Origin: a virus
Lineage: Duplodnaviria; Caudoviricetes
Virus record (IMG/VR): IMGVR_UViG_3300030098_004104
Span: 1 to 37,882 of that record
Direction: 5' to 3' (one strand)
DNA: 37,882 bases
The notes below the pieces were generated by a model that did not search any database, had not been told where the DNA came from, and worked only from the letters and a program-made list of their open reading frames with translations. The translations under genes were made by a program, and so were the position numbers. Below, piece after piece: positions 28,008 to 34,940 of this stretch (within the stretch, counting starts at the first letter, position 1; each line of letters opens with the position of its first letter).

Positions 28008-28336
28008 TGAACGGCGATGACACGCGAGAGTGGGAGCTTTCATCGGCAGGCCGCAGGCAGGTGCGAGAGCAGCACGGCGATGACTTCAACAAGCTGTTGC
28101 GGGAGCTTCAAGATCTGAACTCGAAGCTGGCAGCGAACACCGCGAGGATGGACTCCATCGACGCGGAGCACCGCAGGATCGACGAGCGGTGGCACAGCTT
28201 GAACAACGAGCACACCGCGCTGATGGAGAAGGGGCACACCCTGGAGGCCGCTGTTGAGCGGGTGTTCGCCCGCGCAAAGGACCGGCTCAACGCTGTGCAG
28301 CTTCACCAGCTTTACCTGGAGGATGCGGAGCGATGA
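28004..28336 (+). CDS. Coiled-coil hypothetical protein (110 aa)
   Basis: AAGGAGG RBS; heptad-rich. Confidence 0.6.
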   Translation: MMNGDDTREWELSSAGRRQVREQHGDDFNKLLRELQDLNSKLAANTARMDSIDAEHRRIDERWHSLNNEHTALMEKGHTLEAAVERVFARAKDRLNAVQLHQLYLEDAER

Positions 28337-28515
28337 GTGACACCAAGATGAGAGACGTGTCCCTAGCCCTGAAGGGTCACAAGATCAAAGTTGTCAGGGT
28401 GAACGGTGAGGTCAGGGTCCGTATTGACGGGGCCATGGTCGAGCCAGCGTTTCCAGACTACCCAACCGCCGTGGCCTGGATGATCGCTTTCTTTTCTAAC
28501 TCGGCGGACGCATAG
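28333..28515 (+). CDS. Hypothetical protein (60 aa)
   Basis: ATGA coupling. Confidence 0.55.
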   Translation: MSDTKMRDVSLALKGHKIKVVRVNGEVRVRIDGAMVEPAFPDYPTAVAWMIAFFSNSADA

Positions 28516-28524
28516 GGGTGAGCC

Positions 28525-29211
28525 ATGCATAGCAGGACTCAAGCGTGGGTAGAGGAGGAGCTTGCCGCTCCTCTCAATCCCGCAGTTGTAGAAGAGAAGG
28601 AGGGAATGAGTTACCTCCCGGTCTTCTACGTTCGACAAGAACTAAACAGGATCTTCGGCGCGTCTGGCTGGCGCATCACTCTGCGAGACAACTCGTTGAT
28701 CAACCTATACGAGGTCCAGTCGAATCGTGGCGGCAAGGAGGACAAGAAGCGCCGGGTGATGGTCTACCGTGCCCACGTCACGCTTCGTGTTCGCTTCCCA
28801 GACGGTGAGGTCGTTGAGCATGACGGTGTTGCTGCCGGTGGTGCTCAGTCGTACTCTCCGTTTTGGGAGGACTTGCACCACAACGCCATGACCAGCGCAT
28901 CTTCCAACGCTCTCAAGCGTGCGGCGATGAACCTGGGCAACGCGTTCGGGCTCAGCCTGTACGACGGCAAGAACCCGGTGCACATGGGAGGCTGGGACAC
29001 CTGGGCTGGGTATGCGTACCCGCTCACGCCCACCGCCCGTCACCTGCGCGTGCTTAACGAGCTTGGTCTTGACGTTGATGAGGTCAACGCCTGGATCGAG
29101 TCCGAGGGCTGGCCTGCGTTCGCGCACAAGGATCCCGCAGAGTTCGCCAACTACATGTCCAACGGTGGCATGGATCGCTTCAATAACTTTCTGAACAGCA
29201 ACAAGGAGTAG
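28525..29211 (+). CDS. Rad52/Rad22 (Sak-like) single-strand annealing protein (228 aa)
   Basis: GMSYLPVFYVRQELNRIFGASGW ... AMTSASSNALKRAAMNLGNAFGLSLYD. Confidence 0.88.
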   Translation: MHSRTQAWVEEELAAPLNPAVVEEKEGMSYLPVFYVRQELNRIFGASGWRITLRDNSLINLYEVQSNRGGKEDKKRRVMVYRAHVTLRVRFPDGEVVEHDGVAAGGAQSYSPFWEDLHHNAMTSASSNALKRAAMNLGNAFGLSLYDGKNPVHMGGWDTWAGYAYPLTPTARHLRVLNELGLDVDEVNAWIESEGWPAFAHKDPAEFANYMSNGGMDRFNNFLNSNKE

Positions 29212-29213
29212 CC

Positions 29214-29780
29214 ATGTTCAAGGTAAGTGATTTTCAAGATGCCGGTGCACCCGGCTCAACTGCTGAGCGCCTCGTCCCAGACGGTGTGCATGTGTGCAAG
29301 ATCGTCCAGTCGGAGATCGTGTTCTCTTCCAACCGCAACAAGGAGCCAAAGAAGCTCTCGCCTGAGTCAGTCAATCAACTGACCGCGTGGGGGGATATGC
29401 GGCTCGATGGCAGGCCGTTTGCCGTGGGTCGCACCGCAGAGAACCTGCTGGTGGTGTTCGAGGTTGTCGGCGGCGAGTACGCTGGCTGTGTCATCAAGAA
29501 GTGGTTTGTGTGGCGGCACCCTAGCACGCAGTCGATGAAGATCGGACGCATCCAGGCCGCTAAGATGTGCGAGGCCCTCGGGCTCGAAGGGTTCACCAAG
29601 CCAGAGCAGATGCTCGGGCGAGTGCTCAACGTCGAGACTGTCACGCGAGAGCCGAACAACGGCTTCGGCGCGAAGCCTGAGCCCGTGGCGTACTCGGCTG
29701 CTGAGGGTGTGGAGCAGCCTGCTGCCCCCGCTCCGCCTGTGGTCAACGCTGCGTTTCAGGACGATGACGTTCCCTTTTGA
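29214..29780 (+). CDS. Single-stranded DNA-binding protein-like (DUF669-like, 188 aa)
   Basis: LVPDGVHVCKI, LVVFEVVGGEYAG, acidic-aromatic C-terminus FQDDDVPF; follows annealase. Confidence 0.75.
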   Translation: MFKVSDFQDAGAPGSTAERLVPDGVHVCKIVQSEIVFSSNRNKEPKKLSPESVNQLTAWGDMRLDGRPFAVGRTAENLLVVFEVVGGEYAGCVIKKWFVWRHPSTQSMKIGRIQAAKMCEALGLEGFTKPEQMLGRVLNVETVTREPNNGFGAKPEPVAYSAAEGVEQPAAPAPPVVNAAFQDDDVPF

Positions 29781-29805
29781 CACCTATGACGATCTGTCAT
29801 ATAAG
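29777..29805 (+). promoter_or_regulatory. Sigma70-like promoter with palindromic operator
   Basis: TTGACA-17nt-TATAAG; ATGAC-gatct-GTCAT at 29786-29800; followed by CAGGAGGTGA RBS. Confidence 0.8.
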
Positions 29806-29825
29806 TATCTCAGGAGGTGAGTGAG

Positions 29826-29978
29826 ATGACTGACTGTGAAGACATGGAGCAGGGCTACGGCGCTGCTGAGCACAAGGCTCGACGCGAGGAGCCTTTCCAC
29901 TACGACCAGAGCTTTCGCCGTGTTCGCGATGCGGAGGAGGTCCGACGCCAGAAGGAGATTGATGATGAGCCTTTCTAG
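29826..29978 (+). CDS. 50-aa acidic peptide ending in SSB-tail-like DDEPF (not in ORF track)
   Basis: AGGAGG RBS, ATG 29826; MTDCEDMEQGYGAAEHKARREEPFHYDQSFRRVRDAEEVRRQKEIDDEPF*. Confidence 0.65.
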   Translation: MTDCEDMEQGYGAAEHKARREEPFHYDQSFRRVRDAEEVRRQKEIDDEPF

Positions 29979-30432
29979 TATCGAGAAGTCTCGCGCCGCG
30001 ATTGCTGCGTACAATCAGCGGCTCGTGTTTCATGAGCCTGACTGGTCGTGCGTCGAGTGCGGCGAGGTCTACCATGACGAGTGTCCTGATGACACGCAGC
30101 GCAGCCCGGAGTGCGAGGACACTTGCCTCAAGTGCGCTGAGGATGTCTGGCCGAAAGACCCCATCGAGGAGAAGTTCGAGGCGTTCCACGCTGAGAACCC
30201 TGGGGTCTACGCTGAGCTTGTCCGGCTTGCGTACAGTGTGCGCAACGCTGGCCGTGCTCGGTATGGGATCGCCACGCTGTTCGAGGTGATGCGCTACCGG
30301 CGTGACATCCAGACCAGCGGCGATGTGTTCAAGCTCAACAACAACTTCCGCGCTCTCTATGCTCGTAAGATCATGGACGAGCACGAGGGGCTGTCTGGTT
30401 TGTTCGCCACCAGGAGACGGCGCACGGGCTAG
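29962..30432 (+). CDS. Phage hypothetical protein with N-terminal Zn finger (156 aa; start reassigned)
   Basis: AAGGAG RBS; CVEC/CLKC, then FEAFHAENPGVY...FKLNNNFRALYAR, a pattern I recall from phage hypothetical proteins. Confidence 0.7.
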   Translation: MMSLSSIEKSRAAIAAYNQRLVFHEPDWSCVECGEVYHDECPDDTQRSPECEDTCLKCAEDVWPKDPIEEKFEAFHAENPGVYAELVRLAYSVRNAGRARYGIATLFEVMRYRRDIQTSGDVFKLNNNFRALYARKIMDEHEGLSGLFATRRRRTG

Positions 30433-31772
30433 AAGTCCACCCCTGTGGCGGCACGCAGGTCTTTCAGTCGGTCACGCGCTTCAAAGTGCTTCCCCGACCA
30501 GGCCAGCGTGCCGCCATGGATTTGCATCACGTTGGTGTAGATCCTGTCTCCCTTCTTGGTCAGCACGGCGAGCCCTTGCTGCCAATCAACCCTCGGCGTT
30601 GCCGCAGGAACAGCCCCGTCCGTCCTGCAAAGGGTGCCGGGGCTCATGCACGTAATGACGCGTTGCCCGGTCGGGCCGTGGATGGTCTTGCATGCCATCT
30701 CCAGGCGGTGGATGTGGCCTACAATGGTTGAGTGGGTGGCTTCTTTGAGCATGGCCGCTACCGTAGAGCCTCCACCCTTTCTTGCTAAGGTTCCGTGATG
30801 AAACCTAACGGTGTCCCACAGCCAGAAGCCCTCTCCATAAGGCCCGATGTACTCGATGTCTAGGGAGTCTAAGGCGAGCAGCCTCGGGATGCTGATGGCG
30901 TCGTGCCCTCCAGGGTCGTCTGCTGGGCGCACCCCTTCGGCCTCACTTAAAGACTCCAGTATTGACCTGGAGATTCGGAACTCGTGGTTCCCCTCGATGT
31001 AAAGGATTGTTGCGCTTGGGGCAACTAGACGCAACTGACCCAGCCACCAGTGCAACTCTACTAGAGACGGCTGCGTTGTGTATCGCACCTCTCTCGGCTT
31101 GGCGTATGAGCCCCACGGGGCCAGGTCTAGCATGTCGCCCAGCAGCACAATGGTGTCGGGGCGCAAGTGCTCAGCCATCTGAACGGCCAAGTCCCAGGCA
31201 CGTCGGTCGTGCATTGGGTCTAGATGGCCGGTTTCTGTGCGCCTGTAGCCGTTTTGAGAGTCTGGGACAACCAAGACCACACCTTCGGCCTCAGACGGCG
31301 CTGAGCGCGTTTTTTTAAGGTGCTCGATCGGCTGCACTTGAAGGTTAGCCCACTCGGGTATGCGCTCCAACCACGCTTTGACCTGCCACATGGGGACAGG
31401 CCCGTCTTTAGACATTGAGTCCCATTTGTTGGCGACCCACTTCTTAACGAGCCAGTCTTCTTTTACCCCTGCTCCGTCAAGAAGCTCCTCAAGCGTCTGG
31501 ATAGCGCCCTTGCTAGACAGGGTGGCTTCATCCCCGCTTTGCTCCCATGTGGTCGGCGTTGCAGGAGACGACCAGTCGTGCTTCTTCACACTCAGGTCTG
31601 GGCGTTCTTTTTTTATCCATAAGAAGAAGTCTCTGACTTCCTCGCGGCTCATGCTGTACCCAAGCGCCTGTGCCTTACGCATCATTCGCGAGTATTGGCC
31701 GTTGATCGCGTTAGAGTAAGCGACCCTTGGGTCTGACCCAACAATTTCTAGCCAGTGGCCTGGCGTGTCCAT
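30429..31772 (-). CDS. Calcineurin-like metallophosphoesterase with N-terminal extension (447 aa; start reassigned to ATG 31772)
   Basis: VVPDSQ, LLGDMLD, IEGNHE, FHHG, VGHIH motifs; TAATG coupling. Confidence 0.85.
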   Translation of the reverse strand: MDTPGHWLEIVGSDPRVAYSNAINGQYSRMMRKAQALGYSMSREEVRDFFLWIKKERPDLSVKKHDWSSPATPTTWEQSGDEATLSSKGAIQTLEELLDGAGVKEDWLVKKWVANKWDSMSKDGPVPMWQVKAWLERIPEWANLQVQPIEHLKKTRSAPSEAEGVVLVVPDSQNGYRRTETGHLDPMHDRRAWDLAVQMAEHLRPDTIVLLGDMLDLAPWGSYAKPREVRYTTQPSLVELHWWLGQLRLVAPSATILYIEGNHEFRISRSILESLSEAEGVRPADDPGGHDAISIPRLLALDSLDIEYIGPYGEGFWLWDTVRFHHGTLARKGGGSTVAAMLKEATHSTIVGHIHRLEMACKTIHGPTGQRVITCMSPGTLCRTDGAVPAATPRVDWQQGLAVLTKKGDRIYTNVMQIHGGTLAWSGKHFEARDRLKDLRAATGVDF

Positions 31773-32155
31773 TATTCTAAATAATAGAGGGCCGTCAGGG
31801 TTCCTAAAGTGCCGAGGAGCGCCCCGCCTATGAATACATAAGCAGGACGCTCGTACCAAGGTGGGCTGCGTAGTCCCTCCACTAGCGCAGCCTGAAGATT
31901 GTCACCCCGATATCTCTCGGCCTCGACGGCGGACTCAAGGGCGCTGAGATTGATCTGACACTCACTGTGAAGATAACGGAACTTCGCCGCGCACTCCGGT
32001 AGGTCAACCTGAACGCATGTTACACACTGGAGCGCCTCATGGGAGGGCACAAGAACTCCAGAACATAACGCCTTATCGCCCGCAGCAATAGACTCAGCCT
32101 CGTCGCAGATAGGAGACGCTCCGACTATCAACGCGGCTGTGAGGAAGGCAATCAC
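31772..32155 (-). CDS. Envelope protein with signal peptide, Cys-rich helical region and C-terminal TM; possible spanin component (127 aa)
   Basis: MIAFLTAALIVGASPIC...PPWYERPAYVFIGGALLGTLGTLTALYYLE. Confidence 0.55.
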   Translation of the reverse strand: MIAFLTAALIVGASPICDEAESIAAGDKALCSGVLVPSHEALQCVTCVQVDLPECAAKFRYLHSECQINLSALESAVEAERYRGDNLQAALVEGLRSPPWYERPAYVFIGGALLGTLGTLTALYYLE

Positions 32156-32286
32156 TTGCCCTTCTTTTTCTTCTTTTTGCCGTACTCTACAAGCATCTCG
32201 TTAGCCGCAGAGCGGCGAGTCTCTGCCATACCACCGGTGCCGTAGCTCAGCTTGGTCTTGCCTGTCTTTTTCTTTACCTTGTACAT
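32152..32286 (-). CDS. Lys-rich 44-aa peptide (not in ORF track)
   Basis: AGGAG RBS; MYKVKKKTGKTKLSYGTGGMAETRRSAANEMLVEYGKKKKKKGK; GTGA overlap with next gene. Confidence 0.65.
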   Translation of the reverse strand: MYKVKKKTGKTKLSYGTGGMAETRRSAANEMLVEYGKKKKKKGK

Positions 32287-32297
32287 GATTGCTCCTA

Positions 32298-33548
32298 TTA
32301 GGGCCTTGGTGCGGCCTTCTTCTTCACGTACTCAAGCTCTTGCTTGGTGATGGCAGGCTGGTCGAAGCCCGTTCGCAGGTTTTCCCTGCCTGTCCGCAAC
32401 ATAATTCGTGCCACGTTCTCGCGCGCTGGGTCCATGCTGAACACCGGCATCTGGCTGCGCTGCGGCAAGTCAAGTGCTCCGGTGATGCCCTCCTCTATCT
32501 CTCGGAAGAACTGCTGGAGGCTTGGGTCTTCACGCCCTGCCACCTCGATGACCTCGCCCACCCCAGGGAGGCCTGCTGCCTTGGCCGCTCCTCCCAACAT
32601 GAGCTTGGCTGCTACGCCTGTGGCCAGGGCCTTGGGGGCAAACTTGGCAATCGCCTTTTGTCGAGCAGCGCGCAGCTTGGTTAGCTGTTTCTGCTTTTTG
32701 GGAGAAAGCTCGCCATAATACGAAAGGTCAGTCTCAAGCTCGTTCAACAGGGCTTTTCGGCCAGAGCCCATCTCTTTTTTAATCTTGCTCTCAAGCTCTT
32801 CTGCCGCTCGCTGCTGTGCAGCCTTTGCCGCCTGTCTGCGAGCTTCTGACTTCCCTGCCGGAGTCCCTGGCATGCGCTCGCTGCTCATCATAGACTCAAT
32901 TTCCCGCCTGCGTCGGGCAATGTCGTCTTTTACATTTTGCTTGTCGCGTTTCCATCGCTCAAACGCAGCGTCAGACATTCGCTGGCCTGGCCTTAGAGGC
33001 TTTTCGAGCCTAAGCAGGTCTTCTTCGAGCGCCTTTATTGTTGGGTCTTGCGCCATCACTCTTCTCCCGTGGCCTTGTCCCCCCACAGGGACAGACTTGG
33101 TTATCTTTACAAAGTCCGGGTCAAACGCAACCATCTCGCCAGCATCTGCCGCGTAAACCCCGTCGTACCCTGCGGCCAATGCCCTCTCTTTAAACTCTTG
33201 CGACCAAGCCCTGCTTGTCTGCTTGTTTCCATCCCATACAGGAGACTCTGTAACACCAAGCATCTTAGCGGCAGCTTCGACAACAGGCCGGTCTTTGGAT
33301 CGTAGAACTAACGGGCTCCTTACTCCATGCTCCGCTGTTATTACTCTCGGCTGGCTTCCAGAAGCCATGGTTGCGTAGCTTCTGGCTATTTCGGGATCTT
33401 TGGTAAGATAGACTCCCTCGCCAAGAACCCCGGCATCGGTGCCGCCGCCTTGCGGGTGCCGAAACCAGTCAAAAGGTGTCGCGGTGCCGTGGAACATCTT
33501 GTCAGGAGGGGATGACACTACTCTTCTCCTGAGAACGTCTTGTTCCAT
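32298..33548 (-). CDS. ADP-ribosyltransferase (ART-PolyVal-like) domain protein with helical C-terminus (416 aa)
   Basis: MFHGT..PFDWF, LGEGVYLTKDPEIARSYA, AGYDGV...GEMVAFDP. Confidence 0.75.
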   Translation of the reverse strand: MEQDVLRRRVVSSPPDKMFHGTATPFDWFRHPQGGGTDAGVLGEGVYLTKDPEIARSYATMASGSQPRVITAEHGVRSPLVLRSKDRPVVEAAAKMLGVTESPVWDGNKQTSRAWSQEFKERALAAGYDGVYAADAGEMVAFDPDFVKITKSVPVGGQGHGRRVMAQDPTIKALEEDLLRLEKPLRPGQRMSDAAFERWKRDKQNVKDDIARRRREIESMMSSERMPGTPAGKSEARRQAAKAAQQRAAEELESKIKKEMGSGRKALLNELETDLSYYGELSPKKQKQLTKLRAARQKAIAKFAPKALATGVAAKLMLGGAAKAAGLPGVGEVIEVAGREDPSLQQFFREIEEGITGALDLPQRSQMPVFSMDPARENVARIMLRTGRENLRTGFDQPAITKQELEYVKKKAAPRP

Positions 33549-33832
33549 AGGCCAGCAACCTTCTCCGGGTTGCCGCCTGTCTCATGAATCACCTTGGCCG
33601 CTGCCTGTATCTCTTGCGAGACGATCGAGTGGGCCTCCCGCAACGCCCTTAGCTCTGACTCTTTGTTCTCTATGATTCGCCTGTGCCGCTCCGATGTCTC
33701 CTGGGCTACGTGCATCGACCGCTCCATAGCCGTCACGGTATCCTGAGCACGTAAAGCAATAGCCGAGGCTCGTTTCCACAGTATCCACAGAACCAGGACA
33801 GCAACAACGAGGGCGGCGACCAGGTACATCAT
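33518..33832 (-). CDS. Putative inner-membrane spanin (104 aa)
   Basis: N-terminal TM followed by coiled coil; follows holin-like gene. Confidence 0.55.
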   Translation of the reverse strand: MMYLVAALVVAVLVLWILWKRASAIALRAQDTVTAMERSMHVAQETSERHRRIIENKESELRALREAHSIVSQEIQAAAKVIHETGGNPEKVAGLWNKTFSGEE

Positions 33833-34143
33833 CAGAAGTCAACGTCCACAGAGGGGCCTCTACGGCCCTTTATGCGTTCTTTGACAGCAGCCACCACCGT
33901 AGTGGTCAGGCTACCGGACGCAACGCCGATAACGATGCCAATAGGCCAGCTTTCTAGCATCCAGCCGAACAAGGCACCGACAACAACGGCCACAGCACGG
34001 AGCGTGGTCTTCCTAGAGGACGCGTTGGGCATCTTGGGCTTGGCCCATGCGCGCACCACCTGGGTGATGCTGGATGAGGCCAAGGCGCAGAGCGCCAACA
34101 GGATAGCGAGTTTGTCCCATGTCAGGTCGTCAATGCCCTGCAT
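33832..34143 (-). CDS. Putative holin (103 aa)
   Basis: Up to three hydrophobic segments, basic C-terminal region. Confidence 0.6.
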   Translation of the reverse strand: MQGIDDLTWDKLAILLALCALASSSITQVVRAWAKPKMPNASSRKTTLRAVAVVVGALFGWMLESWPIGIVIGVASGSLTTTVVAAVKERIKGRRGPSVDVDF

Positions 34144-34387
34144 CTTGATGTGCCTCCAAGCGTGTGATCCGCTGGTCTTGGGTGCGGATCTCCTCCCAGA
34201 TGTTCTTACGAGCCTCTCGCGCCTCGCTGACAGTGGTTGTCATCGTGTTCAGGCGCTCCTCAATGACAGCCAGGTGTCCCTCAATCTTGGCCATGGCAGA
34301 CTGCTGCCTGGCCAGAAGCGTCCACACCGCTCCAGCAAGAGGAATCAACTGGCCCAGGGCTTGGACCACCCAGCCGGGATCTTCCAT
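34130..34387 (-). CDS. Membrane-anchored coiled-coil protein, holin/antiholin-like (85 aa)
   Basis: N-terminal hydrophobic helix, coiled coil ending RITRLE. Confidence 0.6.
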   Translation of the reverse strand: MEDPGWVVQALGQLIPLAGAVWTLLARQQSAMAKIEGHLAVIEERLNTMTTTVSEAREARKNIWEEIRTQDQRITRLEAHQDAGH

Positions 34388-34758
34388 TAGTAGAACACGG
34401 CTACCGATAGGCTTGTGCCTTCATAGTAAATCTCATCAACGCCAGTAGGTAGCGTGTCAATAGCCAGAAACAAGCTGTCGCCATCAGCGAGCTTGATACC
34501 ACGGCCAGCAACAGCGCCATCACGAGTCTTGATGTACGCAACAGCGCCGCTGTCGTTAGAGATGACTATCGACTTAATTGCGCCAGACCGGATGGTCGAA
34601 GACCCCAGGCCTGCAAAGGCGGTGCCCATCGCTGTGGTGAGAGATGGGGTTACGCTGCTGTTACCGAGGACTAAAATAACAAAGTCGCCGGTAACAACGG
34701 GGGCGTTGAGAATTGAGCGGGTGGTGTTGCCGATCATGGTGCTGGCTCCTGTTGCCAT
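34387..34758 (-). CDS. Putative virion structural protein (123 aa)
   Basis: Beta-rich; IVISNDSGAVAYI...GIKLADGDSL. Confidence 0.55.
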   Translation of the reverse strand: MATGASTMIGNTTRSILNAPVVTGDFVILVLGNSSVTPSLTTAMGTAFAGLGSSTIRSGAIKSIVISNDSGAVAYIKTRDGAVAGRGIKLADGDSLFLAIDTLPTGVDEIYYEGTSLSVAVFY

Positions 34759-34940
34759 GCAGAGGTTTGAACGAGCGCAAAGGCTGCGGCGTGGTCAATA
34801 GAGCCATCGACTGGCTCGGTGAACTTGAGGATAGCTTGGGTTTTATCCAGCGTGTAACGAGGCTGCGTTGTAACACAGGCAGGGTTCTCCATGTGAGCCT
34901 CCACCTCGTCAGCGGGGTATACTCGGTAGTGCAATATCAT
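34734..34940 (-). CDS. Small protein downstream of LamG gene, possible assembly chaperone (68 aa)
   Basis: PRYTLDKTQAILKF ... SAW; coupled to the LamG gene. Confidence 0.55.
   Translation of the reverse strand: MILHYRVYPADEVEAHMENPACVTTQPRYTLDKTQAILKFTEPVDGSIDHAAAFALVQTSAWQQEPAP

Noticed and set aside
29836-29961. ORF-track N-terminal extension of the 198-aa ORF (similarly for SLT, RusA, phosphoesterase and LamG)
   Set aside because: Extensions overlap upstream genes; downstream starts have a better RBS or stop-start coupling
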